A stretch of 64,000 nt of DNA from Eledone cirrhosa (lineage: Eukaryota). The notes under the pieces were generated by a model. The model searched no databases. It was not told where the DNA came from and saw only the letters and a program-made list of their open reading frames with translations. The DNA lies in assembly GCA_964016885.1 (NCBI GenBank), contig OZ024741.1:165478001-165542000 (forward strand), given 5' to 3'. Shown piece after piece: positions 38,465 through 52,325 of the stretch. Position numbers and translations under genes: made by a program. How positions within the stretch are numbered: position 1 is the first letter of the stretch; the number at the start of each line of letters is the position of its first letter.

Positions 38465-38704
38465 TTAACCCTTTAGCATTTACATTACACTATATATACT
38501 GTTACATTTTCACAGTAAAGGCTTTATCTCACATAATATCTCACATAATATCTCACATAATATCGAATCTATGAAATTTTGATATTATTTATTTTGAGAA
38601 CAATACCTTAAGTTCAGTATGAGTGGCTGGTTACAACCGGTTTGAACAGAAAGAGGTGAGAGAATTCTGGCAGGATATGGCTGGTTGGAATTCTAAAGGG
38701 TTAA
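38465..38704. mobile_element. piggyBac-type MITE P1
   Basis: TTAA-CCCTTTAG...CTAAAGGG-TTAA. Confidence 0.9.
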
Positions 38705-39785
38705 GGGTACACATATCTGCAGAATGCTCAGCCACTTATATGTTAATTTCAAAAGCAGGCTGTTCCATTGATGGAACAACTGGAACACTCATCATCAAAG
38801 CAAATGGAGGACCATCCCATTAGAAAAGATAATTACAAAGATTTATTGAAATATGGAATATCAATGCAAACTTTCAAATTGTAATTGTTCTTTTTTTTTA
38901 CTGGTTTGTCAGGAAGGGAAAAGTAGCACCCATAACCCTTTTTAGGGCCTGCAAGATTGGTGGAAGTTGGGGTTAAACCAGATATCTGATTGAAATAGAG
39001 TGCACTTTGCTAAAGGCACAGGTAATGGTATCAAACAGGTGTCAAACCTAAGATTAAGCCAACCACTCAAAATTAAGTCTACTACCCTACATTATATCTA
39101 CCACCAAAGGTAATATTCCCTCCATTTTTTAGGCAAGTTCCTTTATTTTAATGGGGTTTTTTTGTAGTTTTTTAAGTTAATTAACTCAGTAATAGGAAAC
39201 CAATAATATTTTCCAGAAAGCCAAAATTAGTTAAGTCAATACAATAGCCACCCACTTACTAGTAGTATATACCATACTTAGAAATATAGTATGGGTTGTC
39301 ATGAGAAAGGGCATCTAGCTCTTGACAAACTTCCTCATGAAAGTCTTATCAAACGCATGCCAGCATAGGAAAATAGACATAACAAGTCATGGTGGTGGTA
39401 GTGAATATGATACTGCTGGGGATGGTGGTGATATTGATGATGGTAGGGGTCTGATGGTGGGGATGGTGAGGAGAAAGAGGAGGGAGAAGAGGATACATGT
39501 GCTGTATCATGAGAAATGGCACTGAACTCACAACGGCACAGTTCCTAGGTACCAGTGTAAGACAAAGTAGTACAGTACACCACTAAGTGCAAAAGGTTAG
39601 AAATGAGTACAGGAGGATAGTAAGTCAGTGTGACACACTAATTACACTAATTACATTAATTACAATAATTAGAGAACACATCCTAGAAGGTCTATATTCA
39701 TTATATATATTCAGCCAGACTTCAAAATAATTTTAGAACCTCCAGAGACAACATGCTAGTATAATGATAACCAAAAAATCATGAT

Positions 39786-40014
39786 TTAACCCTTTAGCAT
39801 TTAAACCGGCCATATCCGGCCAGAATTCTCTCACCACTTTCTGTTCAAACTGGCTGTAACCAGCTGCTCATACTTATGTTAAGGTATGGTTCTCAGAATA
39901 AATAATATCAAAATCTCATAGATTCGATACTATGTGAGATAATTATGTGAAATAAAGTGTTTACCATGAAAATACAATAGTAAATATAAAGTAATGTAAA
40001 TGCTAAAGGGTTAA
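39786..40014. mobile_element. piggyBac-type MITE P1, close to consensus
   Basis: Perfect TTAACCCTTTAGCATTTA / TAAATGCTAAAGGGTTAA termini. Confidence 0.92.
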
Positions 40015-40889
40015 ACTTAGTTGAGTCTCCTTCCACACCTATTTAAATACACTTAACACATTAGATACCAAACTGCCTGAAATTACCACTGATTGTATGA
40101 TACTATGCTATTTATTTTAACCCAAACCCCTCCACTTATTAATTTTTCAGATCCCCCTACTCTCACTTATTAAATTTTGCTAATCTATCACCAGTGAAAT
40201 TTTATTTTAAGTCATAACATTCCTGTGACAATTAATTTTCTTTAGACATTAAAAACATTATTAATGGCAAAAAAAGTACATTACTAGAAATCCCATATGT
40301 TATCAAATAAATAGGATGGGTTGAGGTCTCAATATGTAAACTAAATGACTAATTCTGGTTTTTAAAAAAATCAACGGAGACAACCTAGAAAAATTACTAA
40401 TTTTCCACCAGCACCACCCATCCTTATTCAAGCCCCCCCCCCCCCTCTATTATTTAGGACCCGAGAGTAAGAAGCTTTGCTATGTTAAAGTTCAAACACA
40501 AGCTTAGTAATGAGAAAATTATATTCCTCAATTTCCTGAAAGTTTTGATTACTTTCAAAATTATTTGAAAATCCTAACCTGAGTTCACTGTTTCAAGTAA
40601 TCAAAACAAACCCACAATCATCTCACTGCCCACATTGATCTGCAGATGTCAAAACTGAATCACAACAATATTAATCGCACTATATAGAAAGTCTAGAAAG
40701 TTTAGTGGACTGAAGGGTGGTGGGCATGGTATTTGTAGAGATGGCGACCCAATAGACCTGTAATTTTCTAAAAAAAAATGTTTCTGCCCTTGCACATTCT
40801 CCTCTATCTTTCTATATATTCTTTAATTTTTCATTCTATTTGCTGATGAAGGACTAGCGTCTGAAGTGCTAAAACTATTTTCCTACTAT

Positions 40890-41252
40890 ATCAAGCGCCT
40901 TGATAGCACCTACACTCACCTACTTCGACGCATTCAGAACATAAGCTGATGACATCTGACTTTGAAAGAAATATATGATGGCCTCCTAAGCATATCTGTA
41001 GTTGTACGTAAAAGGAGAGTAAGATTTGCTGGCCACTGCCATCATGCCACCTATGAGGCTGTGTCGCCACTAGTGTTTTGGAAACCGCAAGCAGTCACTA
41101 ATAAGCAGGGGCACAAGCTCTCCTATCCCAATGTCATCTCCAGAGATTCTGGTATTGAAATCTGGGATTTGGTAACGGCAATGAATGACAGACCCACGTG
41201 GAGATCAATTGTTAAGTCGATTTCGGCTGAGGCTGCCGGATGATGATGATGA
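40890..41252 (+). pseudogene. RTE-X/RTE-like LINE 3' fragment
   Basis: RKRRVRFAGHC...LVFWKP...MNDRPTWR followed by a (TGA)n tail. Confidence 0.8.
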
Positions 41253-41329
41253 TATCAAGCATAAAACTAATATATTTCTTCATTGTACTGTGTCGATTTC
41301 TTTGTTATTTCTTTGTTATTTATTTATGT

Positions 41330-41760
41330 GTGTGTATCTCTGTCTCCTCTCAGCCTACTACCATTTATTAGAGATCTGAAGGCTGTAACAGAGGAGTTTA
41401 AGACTGGCTGTCCATGGGAACTTCTATATGCTAAACACCTGATTCTCATAGCTGAAATTGTGGAAGAGCTAGAGAAAAAAAAAACAGCTCTGGAAACAGA
41501 AATTAGAAACAAAAGAGCTTAGAATAAACTTGGAAAAAAACTAAAGTTTTAGTGAGTAGGAAAAGAGATGAAACCCTAATCTCATCAAGAAATTGGCTTT
41601 GCTTAATATGTGGAAAAGGAGTAGGTAGAAACTCTATGTGATGTATACAATGTAAATCACAAGAGGTATAATGGGATAGCAGGTAGACTAACAAAAAAAG
41701 TAGACTTATATGTAGTTGATGCACAGGAATAATTAGTGTTAGAGGTATCAGAGAAATAAA
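41330..41760 (+). pseudogene. Decayed RTE reverse transcriptase fragment
   Basis: EEFKTGCPWELLYAKHLILIAE is a degraded ELLYADDLVLIAE motif. Confidence 0.75.
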
Positions 41761-41914
41761 CCAGAGAGAATGGAATCCCTTATAAAATAATATGGTAAAA
41801 TTTATTGAACTTAAGTTGATGTCTGTAGTCAGAAAGACTAAAGAACTGGATATACAGCAATGCTCCAGTATGGCCACAGCCAATATAATCACTGTAACCA
41901 CACAATAGTAGTAA

Positions 41915-42112
41915 GTACAGGGCTAACAATTTTAGGAGAGGGGAAGTCCATTAAATTGACCCCAGTGCATTACTGGTACTTTATTTCATCAAACCCGTAA
42001 GGATGACAGGCAAAGCTAACCTTGGTAGAAATTGAACTCGGAACGTAAAGGGTTGTAACTCTGTGCCACAAAGTATGTCCGACGCTCTACCGATACTGCC
42101 AATCCACCGCCC
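41915..42112 (-). mobile_element. SINE family A (long form)
   Basis: Reverse consensus. Confidence 0.8.
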
Positions 42113-42133
42113 TAGGTATAGATATAATGAAGA

Positions 42134-42942
42134 TTAACCCTTTAGCATTTAAACCAGCCATATCCGGCCAGTATTCTCTCATTTCTTTCTGCTCAAACCA
42201 GCAGTAACAGGCCCCTCATACTGATGTTAAGGTATTGTTCTCAACATAAATAATATCAAAATCTCATAGATTCTATATTATGTGAGGTAAAGCCTTTACC
42301 AGGAAAATATAATAGTAAATATAGAGTAATGTAAGTGCTAAAGGGTTAGTGTGATGCAGCAATATTACTGTTTGTAATTTTAAAAATGTCTAGCTAGTGT
42401 GGTATCATGTGGTACAGAATATTAAGAGTTAAAACAAGCTAATTTTTCCATTTTCCCCTTACCTTTTACAGAACAGTTCCTCCCTTTTTATCTTCACAAT
42501 AATTTCTAACAATGGGACAAGAATCTAAATTTTGTGAGGAGGAAGTATTTTATTTAACTCAACATCCTATAACAGTTTAGTAGAACATATCTAAAAACAG
42601 GTTAGTTAGTCAAATGTTAAGGTATTGTTATCAAAATAAATAATTGTTTCTACGTTTGGCACAAGGCCAGAAATTACCCAGAGCATTACTGGTACTTTAT
42701 TTTATCGACCCCGTAAGGATGAAAGGCAAAGTTAACCTCGGCGGGATTTGAACTCAGAATGGCATGGCCGTAACTCTATACGTCAAAGCATAGCGTCCGA
42801 CCCTCTACCGATACTGCCAATCCACCGATAAATAATATCAGAATTTCATAGATTTGATATTATGAGATAATTATGTGAGGTAAAGCGTTTACCATGAAAA
42901 AATAATAGTAAACAAAGAGTAATGGAAATGCTAAAGGGTTAA
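42134..42942. mobile_element. Composite: MITE P1 + copied flank from ~9906-10166 + half MITE carrying a SINE A (42640-42826)
   Basis: 42134-42617 aligns to 9688-10166, including the TTAG end; outer ends are TTAA. Confidence 0.8.
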
Positions 42943-43375
42943 ACATAATACAGAAAGAAATATAAACAACAGCAATAATAATTAGATCAGTTTCTCACTA
43001 ATTGATTATTAATTGATCATACAGGTGTGTGTGTGATAGGAATTGTCGTCTTTTTCTTTGGTATTTTTTTTTTATAAGAACAATAATTACTGGATTAAGG
43101 AGAAAATATATAAACGTTTGTTAATTAAAAAAATCTCAAAAATAAAAATTTTATTTAACTCTATCATGTTTCAAAACTTACTGGTTTCATATTTACTCAT
43201 TGCTGTTGCAACTTATGGTGGTGTGGTGGGATTGATGGTGATAGTGATGATGATTATAATGATGATGATGATTAGTTGTTTTTTCATTGTAACAAGAGAG
43301 GCAGAATCGATAATCTTTTATGAAAATTTTGTTTTTTATTTTACAATTTTAGAACTACGCTGCAAAAATATTCTA

Positions 43376-46300
43376 TACCTAGTAATACAGGGCTACCATA
43401 GCTTCCTCTTACATAGTCTGTACCTAGTAATATAGGACCACCATAGCTCCTTCTTACACAGTCTATACCTAGTAATATAGGACCACCATAGCTCCTTCTT
43501 ACATAGTCTGTACCTAGTAATATAGGACCACCATAGCTCCTTCTTACACAGTCTATACCTAGTAATATAGGACCACCATAGCTCCTTCTTACACAGTCTA
43601 TACCTAGTAATATAGGACCACCATAGCTCCTTCTTACAGTCTATACCTAGTAATACAGGACCACCATAGCTCCTTCTTACATAGTCTGTACCTAGTAATA
43701 TAGGACCACCATAGCTCCTTCTTACATAGTCTGTACCTAGTAATATAGGACCACCATAGCTCCTTCTTACATAGTCTGTACCTAGTAATATAGGACCACC
43801 ATAGCTCCTTCTTACAGTCTATACCTAGTAATACAGGACCACCATAGCTCCTTCTTACATAGTCTGTACCTAGTAATATAGGACCACCATAGCTCCTTCT
43901 TACACAGTCTGTATCTAGTAATATAGGACCACCATAGCTCCTTCTTACAGTCTATACCTAGTAATACAGGACCACCATAGCTCCTTCTTACATAGTCTGT
44001 ACCTAGTAATATAGGACCACCATAGCTCCTTCTTACACAGTCTATACCTAGTAATATAGGACCACCATAGCTCCTTCTTACAGTCTATACCTAGTAATAC
44101 AGGGCTACCATAGCTTCCTCTTACATAGTCTGTACCTAGTAATATAGGACCACCATAGCTCCTTCTTACACAGTCTATACCTAGTAATATAGGACCACCA
44201 TAGCTCCTTCTTACAGTCTATACCTAGTAATACAGGGCTACCATAGCTTCCTCTTACATAGTCTGTACCTAGTAATATAGGACCACCATAGCTCCTTCTT
44301 ACAGTCTATACCTAGTAATATAGGACCACCATAGCTCCTTCTTACATAGTCTGTACCTAGTAATATAGGACCACCATAGCTCCTTCTTACAGTCTATACC
44401 TAGTAATATAGGACCACCATAGCTCCTTCTTACATAGTCTGTACCTAGTAATATAGGACCACCATAGCTCCTTCTTACAGTCTATACCTAGTAATACAGG
44501 ACCACCATAGCTCCTTCTTACAGTCTATACCTAGTAATACAGGGCTACCATAGCTTCCTCTTACATAGTCTGTACCTAGTAATATAGGACCACCATAGCT
44601 CCTTCTTACAGTCTATACCTAGTAATATAGGACCACCATAGCTCCTTCTTACATAGTCTGTACCTAGTAATATAGGACCACCATAGCTCCTTCTTACAGT
44701 CTATACCTAGTAATATAGGACCACCATAGCTCCTTCTTACATAGTCTGTACCTAGTAATATAGGACCACCATAGCTCCTTCTTACAGTCTATACCTAGTA
44801 ATATAGGACCACCATAGCTCCTTCTTACATAGTCTGTACCTAGTAATACAGGACCACCATAGCTCCTTCTTACAGTCTATACCTAGTAATACAGGGCTAC
44901 CATAGCTTCCTCTTACATAGTCTGTACCTAGTAATATAGGACCACCATAGCTCCTTCTTACACAGTCTATACCTAGTAATATAGGACCACCATAGCTCCT
45001 TCTTACAGTCTATACCTAGTAATACAGGGCTACCATAGCTTCCTCTTACATAGTCTGTACCTAGTAATATAGGACCACCATAGCTCCTTCTTACAGTCTA
45101 TACCTAGTAATATAGGACCACCATAGCTCCTTCTTACATAGTCTGTACCTAGTAATATAGGACCACCATAGCTCCTTCTTACACAGTCTATACCTAGTAA
45201 TATAGGACCACCATAGCTCCTTCTTACAGTCTATACCTAGTAATACAGGACCACCATAGCTCCTTCTTACAGTCTATACCTAGTAATACAGGGCTACCAT
45301 AGCTTCCTCTTACATAGTCTGTACCTAGTAATATAGGACCACCATAGCTCCTTCTTACACAGTCTATACCTAGTAATATAGGACCACCATAGCTCCTTCT
45401 TACAGTCTATACCTAGTAATACAGGGCTACCATAGCTTCCTCTTACATAGTCTGTACCTAGTAATATAGGACCACCATAGCTCCTTCTTACAGTCTATAC
45501 CTAGTAATATAGGACCACCATAGCTCCTTCTTACATAGTCTGTACCTAGTAATATAGGACCACCATAGCTCCTTCTTACACAGTCTATACCTAGTAATAT
45601 AGGACCACCATAGCTCCTTCTTACAGTCTATACCTAGTAATACAGGACCACCATAGCTCCTTCTTACAGTCTATACCTAGTAATATAGGACCACCATAGC
45701 TCCTTCTTACAGTCTATACCTAGTAATACAGGACCACCATAGCTCCTTCTTACACAGTCTATACCTAGTAATATAGGACCACCATAGCTCCTTCTTACAG
45801 TCTATACCTAGTAATACAGGACCACCATAGCTCCTTCTTACAGTCTATACCTAGTAATATAGGACCACCATAGCTCCTTCTTACAGTCTATACCTAGTAA
45901 TATAGGACCACCATAGCTCCTTCTTACAGTCTATACCTAGTAATACAGGACCACCATAGCTCCTTCTTACACAGTCTATACCTAGTAATATAGGACCACC
46001 ATAGCTCCTTCTTACACAGTCTGTACCTAGTAATATAGGACCACCATAGCTCCTTCTTACACAGTCTGTACCTAGTAATATAGGACCACCATAGCTCCTT
46101 CTTACAGTCTATACCTAGTAATACAGGACCACCATAGCTCCTTCTTACACAGTCTATACCTAGTAATATAGGACCACCATAGCTCCTTCTTACACAGTCT
46201 ATACCTAGTAATATAGGACCACCATAGCTCCTTCTTACACAGTCTATACCTAGTAATATAGGGCTACCATAGCTCCTTCTTACAGTCTATACCTAGTAAT

Positions 46301-46495
46301 ACAGGGCTACCATAGCTTCCTCTTACATAGTCTGTACCTAGTAATACAGGGCTACCATAGCTCCTTCTTACAGTCTATACCTAGTAATACAGGGCTACCA
46401 TAGCTCCTTCTTACATAGTCTGTACCTAGTAATATAGGACCACCATAGCTCCTTCTTACAGTCTATACCTAGTAATACAGGGCTACCATAGCTTC
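43376..46495. repeat. Satellite domain 1, 45/43 bp units
   Basis: Unit CCTAGTAATATAGGACCACCATAGCTCCTTCTTACA(TA/CA/-)GTCT(G/A)TA. Confidence 0.97.
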
Positions 46496-49400
46496 CTCTG
46501 TCCCTAGTAATACAGGGCTACCATAGCTCCCTCTGTCCCTAGCAATACAGGGCTACCATAGCTCCCCCTGTCCCTAGTAATACAGGGCTACCATAGTATG
46601 TCCCTAGTAACATAAGGCTACCATAGCTCCCTCTGTCCCTAGCAATACAGGGCTACCATAGCTCCCTCTGTCCCTAGTAATACAGGGCTACCATAGCTCC
46701 CTCTGTCCCTAGTAATACAGGGCTACCATAGCTCCCTCTGTCCCTAGTAATACAGGGCTACCATAGCTCCCCCTGTCCCTAGTAATACAGGGCTACCATA
46801 GTCTGTCCCTAGTAACATAAGGCTACCATAGCTCCCCCTGTCCCTAGTAATACAGGGCTACCATAGCTCCCCCTGTCCCTAGTAATACAGGGCTACCATA
46901 GTCTGTCCCTAGTAACATAAGGCTACCATAGCTCCCTCTGTCCCTAGTAATACAGGGCTACCATAGCTCCCTCTGTCCCTAGTAACATAAGGCTACCATA
47001 GCTCCCTCTGTCCCTAGTAATACAGGGCTACCATAGCTCCCTCTGTCCCTAGTAATACAGGGCTACCATAGCTCCCCCTGTCCCTAGTAATACAGGGCTA
47101 CCATAGCTCCCTCTGTCCCTAGTAATACAGGGCTACCATAGCTCCCTCTGTCCCTAGTAATACAGGGCTACCATAGTCTGTCCCTAGTAACATAAGGCTA
47201 CCATAGCTCCCTCTGTCCCTAGTAATACAGGTCTACCATAGCTCCCCCTGTCCCTAGTAATACAGGGCTACCATAGTCTGTCCCTAGTAACATAAGGCTA
47301 CCATAGCTCCCTCTGTCCCTAGTAATACAGGGCTACCATAGCTCCCTCTGTCCCTAGCAATACAGGGCTACCATAGCTCCCCCTGTCCCTAGTAATACAG
47401 GGCTACCATAGCTCCCTCTGTCCCTAGTAATACAGGGCTACCATAGCTCCCTCTGTCCCTAGTAATACAGGGCTACCATAGCTCCCTCTGTCCCTAGCAA
47501 TACAGGGCTACCATAGCTCCCTCTGTCCCTAGTAATACAGGGCTACCATAGCTCCCTCTGTCCCTAGTAACATAAGGCTACCATAGCTCCCTCTGTCCCT
47601 AGTAATACAGGGCTACCATAGTCTGTCCCTAGTAACATAAGGCTACCATAGCTCCCTCTGTCCCTAGTAATACAGGGCTACCATAGCTCCCTCTGTCCCT
47701 AGTAATACAGGGCTACCATAGCTCCCCCTGTCCCTAGTAATACTTGGCTACCATAGTCTGTCCCTAGTAACATAAGGCTACCATAGCTCCCCCTGTCCCT
47801 AGTAATACAGGGCTACCATAGCTCCCTCTGTCCCAAGTAATACAGGGCTACCATAGCTCCCTCTGTCCCTAGTAATACAGGGCTACCATAGTCTGTCCCT
47901 AGTAACATAAGGCTACCATAGCTCCCTCTGTCCCTAGTAATACAGGGCTACCATAGCTCCCTCTGTCCCTAGCAATACAGGGCTACCATAGCTCCCCCTG
48001 TCCCTAGTAATACAGGGCTACCATAGTCTGTCCCTAGTAACATAAGGCTACCATAGCTCCCTCTGTCCCTAGCAATACAGGGCTACCATAGCTCCCTCTG
48101 TCCCTAGTAATACAGGGCTACCATAGCTCCCTCTGTCCCTAGTAATACAGGGCTACCATAGCTCCCTCTGTCCCTAGTAATACAGGGCTACCATAGCTCC
48201 CCCTGTCCCTAGTAATACAGGGCTACCATAGTCTGTCCCTAGTAACATAAGGCTACCATAGCTCCCCCTGTCCCTAGTAATACAGGGCTACCATAGCTCC
48301 CCCTGTCCCTAGTAATACAGGGCTACCATAGTCTGTCCCTAGTAACATAAGGCTACCATAACTCCCTCTGTCCCTAGTAATACAGGGCTACCATAGTCTG
48401 TCCCTAGTAACATAAGGTTACCATAGCTCCCCCTGTCCCTAGTAATACAGGGCTACCATAGCTCCCTCTGTCCCTAGTAATACAGGGCTACCATAGCTCC
48501 CCCTGTCCCTAGTAATACAGGGCTACCATAGCTCCCTCTGTCCCTAGTAATACAGGGCTACCATAGTCTGTCCCTAGTAACATAAGGCTACCATAGCTCC
48601 CTCTGTCCCTAGTAATACAGGGCTACCATAGCTCCCCCTGTCCCTAGTAATACAGGGCTACCATAGTCTGTCCCTAGTAACATAAGGCTACCATAGCTCC
48701 CTCTGTCCCTAGTAATACAGGGCTACCATAGCTCCCTCTGTCCCTAGCAATACAGGGCTACCATAGCTCCCCCTGTCCCTAGTAATACAGGGCTACCATA
48801 GCTCCCTCTGTCCCTAGTAATACAGGGCTACCATAGCTCCCCCTGTCCCTAGTAATACAGGGCTACCATAGCTCCCTCTGTCCCTAGCAATACAGGGCTA
48901 CCATAGCTCCCACTGTCCCTAGTAATACAGGGCTACCATAGCTCCCTCTGTCCCTAGTAACATAAGGCTACCATAGCTCCCTCTGTCCCTAGTAATACAG
49001 GGCTACCATAGTCTGTCCCTAGTAACATAAGGCTACCATAGCTCCCTCTGTCCCTAGTAATACAGGGCTACCATAGCTCCCTCTGTCCCTAGTAATACAG
49101 GTCTACCATAGCTCCCCCTGTCCCTAGTAATACTTGGCTACCATAGTCTGTCCCTAGTAACATAAGGCTACCATAGCTCCCCCTGTCCCTAGTAATACAG
49201 GGCTACCATAGCTCCCTCTGTCCCAAGTAATACAGGGCTACCATAGCTCCCTCTGTCCCTAGTAATACAGGGCTACCATAGTCTGTCCCTAGTAACATAA
49301 GGCTACCATAGCTCCCTCTGTCCCTAGTAATACAGGGCTACCATAGCTCCCTCTGTCCCTAGCAATACAGGGCTACCATAGCTCCCTCTGTCCCTAGTAA

Positions 49401-50300
49401 TACAGGGCTACCATAGCTCCCTCTGTCCCTAGTAATACAGGGCTACCATAGTCTGTCCCTAGTAACATAAGGCTACCACAGCTCCCTCTGTACCTAGCAA
49501 TACAGGGCTACCATAGCTCCCTCTGTCCCTAGTAATACAGGGCTACCCTAGCTCCCCCTGTCCCTAGTAATACAGGGCTACCATAGCTCCCCCTGTCCCT
49601 AGCAATACAGGGCTACCATAGCTCCCTCTGTTCCTAGTAATACAGGGCTACCATAGTCTGTCCCTAGTAACATAAGGCTACCACAGCTCCCTCTGTACCT
49701 AGCAATACAGGGCTACCATAGCTCCCTCTGTCCCTAGTAACATAAGGCTACCATAGCTCCCCCTGTACCTAGCAATACAGGGCTACCATAGCTTCCTCTG
49801 TACCTAGCAATACAGGGCTACCATAGCTCCCCCTGTACCTAGCAATACAGGGCTACCATAGTCTGTCCCTAGTAATACAGGGCTACCATAGTCTGTCCCT
49901 AGTAACATAAGGCTACCATAGCTCCCTCTGTCCCTAGTAATACAGGGCTACCATAGCTCCCCCTGTCCCTAGTAATACAGGGCTACCATAGCTCCTTACA
50001 TAGCCTGTACCTAGTAATACAGGGCTACCATAGCTCCCCCTGTACCTAGTAATACAGGGCTACCATAGCTCCTTACATAGCCTGTACCTAATAATACAGG
50101 GCTACCATAGCTCCTTATATAGTATATACCTAGTAATACACAGTTAACACAGCTTCTTCATATACAGTCATATATACAGGGTTAACATAGATCACTCATA
50201 TAGTTTGTACCTAGTATTTGCAGACTGACATAGCTCCCTCTCTCAAAATCTTTACCTATTAATACAGAGCTATCATAGCTTTCTCTTCCATAACCTGTAT
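46496..50300. repeat. Satellite domain 2, 35/30 bp units, decaying at the right edge
   Basis: Unit TCCCTAGTAATACAGGGCTACCATAGCTCCCTCTG and a 30 bp variant ending ATAGTCTG. Confidence 0.97.
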
Positions 50301-50509
50301 CCAGCTTTATTAATCAATAAGTTGTGTTTTTAATCATCAACAATGTATTCAATATTTCACATTTCTCCAAAATCAAAAGTAAACAAACAAAATATGTTTC
50401 CAATCATATTATATTAGTGTAAACAGAGGAGAAAGTTTACAGAAATAGAATTGTGTGTCTGCTATACATAAAAACTTTAGAAGAAACTTAACAAGGAAAC
50501 TTCTATGTA

Positions 50510-51157
50510 TCATATATATTTGAATATAAGCCGAGGAATATTTGACCCTCCCAAAAAAATCGATGGTTAAATGGTGGGTCTACTTATATTCGGGGTCACC
50601 TACTTCAAATTCTACTAAGGCCCCACTCGGTCACGAATGACCATGGTTTTGCACCTAGAAAGTTTCCCTCCAAGGCACAAGCCTGGGCAAGGTTTGTTTT
50701 GTGGAAGACCAGTAGTCGCCCATACATACCAGTCTCCCCTCTCCATGCCAACAATGTTGTCCAAGGGGAAGGCAATGATACAGCTTGATCCTAGTGACAT
50801 CGCAACTCATTCCTACAGCTGAGTAAACTGGAGCATCGTGAAATAAAGTCTCTTGCTCAAGGAAACAACACATCACCCGGTCTGAGAATCAAACTCATAA
50901 CCTCTCAATTGCAAGCCCAATGATCTAACCACTAAGCCATGCACCTTCACATTCTATGTAAATAAAGTGTTAAAATATCTGGAGTGATTATTTCACAATG
51001 AAACACTGTTTTTCTACATTTACTACATTGTCATAGGTGTTATTTATGCATTCCCTTGAACATATTTCCAACAAATTTTTATAATTAGAACTTTTTAATA
51101 CATAAATATTCCATGCACATCCATGTACACACATATGCATACATGCATGCACATGTG

Positions 51158-51190
<33 letters not shown>

Positions 51191-51661
51191 GTTTTTCTCG
51201 GATAATATTTTTTCTTTCAATATTCTGATTTGATTTTATTGCTTTCACTATCTCTCATCCTTCTCATCATTCTCACGCTGTCTCTCCCTCCCTCTTCTAC
51301 ACTGTGAATCCCTATACAAAGTTCTTGTATGCAATTTTTTGCTTTCTAACTACTCCTAGCATGTATGAGGCCGGAAATAAACAAAAATTTGAGAAACTTG
51401 TTGAAACTTAACACAATAGAAACTCATTATGTAATAGAGTTGTGAAACAAAAACTATATTCTAAACAACACTTAAAACATTTTAAATATCAAAATATTAA
51501 AACTTCATGAATATATTTTATACTCATGGGTATTTCAAAAGCATGCAATTTAAACATGTGTTGATTAGCTGCCTTGGCTTATAAATGGGGTTTGGATTTT
51601 TGTCCATTTCTCATGATGGTGGTCGTGGTGGTGGAGGGGGATTATATTCGAGTATATACGG
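50510..51661. mobile_element. TA-flanked Tc1/pogo-type non-autonomous element with a nested SINE
   Basis: Left TCATATATATTTGAATATAA versus right TTATATTCGAGTATATACGG (4 transitions), TA on both sides. Confidence 0.6.
50596..50945 (-). mobile_element. SINE family B, tail variant 3
   Basis: Same head as the 17119 copy; different 3' half, shared with 7165-7410. Confidence 0.85.
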
Positions 51662-51697
51662 TAATTACTCAAGATCTTTAATGAGTGTCTTAATAGT

Positions 51698-51865
51698 AAT
51701 AACTGTTTCTACTTTTGGCACAAGGCCAGCAATTACCCCTGTGCATTACTGGTACTTTATTTTTTCAACCCTGAAAGGATGAAAGACAAAGTTAACCTCG
51801 GCGGGATTTGACCCTAAGGGGGCGTAACTCTATGCTGCTAAGCATGGCGTCCGTCCCTCTACCAA
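51698..51865 (-). mobile_element. SINE family A
   Basis: Reverse consensus. Confidence 0.8.
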
Positions 51866-51994
51866 TAGTATTAATAGAATGACAAGCTGTTTCAGGTGGT
51901 TTGGTATCAAGAAGGTTAAACACTGCTAAAGTAGCATACTGTGGTAAAGAGACTATCTTGTGTGAGTCTAAATGTTAAAGAATATTTTATATAT

Positions 51995-52325
51995 AATAAT
52001 AATGAAAATTATTGTGTACAGTGCTCAGGTGCATTACAACTCATCAAATGTGCATGTGTAGTACATAGAATAATGTACAAATGTCAGGATAGTGAACAAT
52101 GTAAGAGTCATGGTATACACACAGACACATGCGTGCATGTGTATGGAGGGGTAATATCAGGTGTAGTGTTTGTGAATTTCGGGAAGCATGGAGGTATTGA
52201 AGGATGCAGTCTCCTGACAGCTAACAACTGATGCAGGTAGTTTGTTCCATGCTTCAACAACTCTGAGCATGAAAACATGTTTCTGAAGGTCATGGGAGCT
52301 GTGCTGTTTTCTGACTTTGTAAACA
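51995..52325 (-). pseudogene. CR1-like LINE 3' fragment
   Basis: KHVFMLRVVEAWNKLPASVV resembles the CR1-group FFxxRVVxxWNxLP motif; 3' UTR and (ATT)n tail follow. Confidence 0.85.

Noticed and set aside
40838-40880. Sixth hammerhead candidate CTGATGA-A-GGAC(TAGC)GTCT-GAAG
   Set aside because: GAAA is altered and stems I and III do not form convincingly; at best a decayed relic.
43376-50300. CRISPR-like regular array
   Set aside because: Units are contiguous with no unique spacers, the context is eukaryotic and there are no cas genes; it is a satellite.
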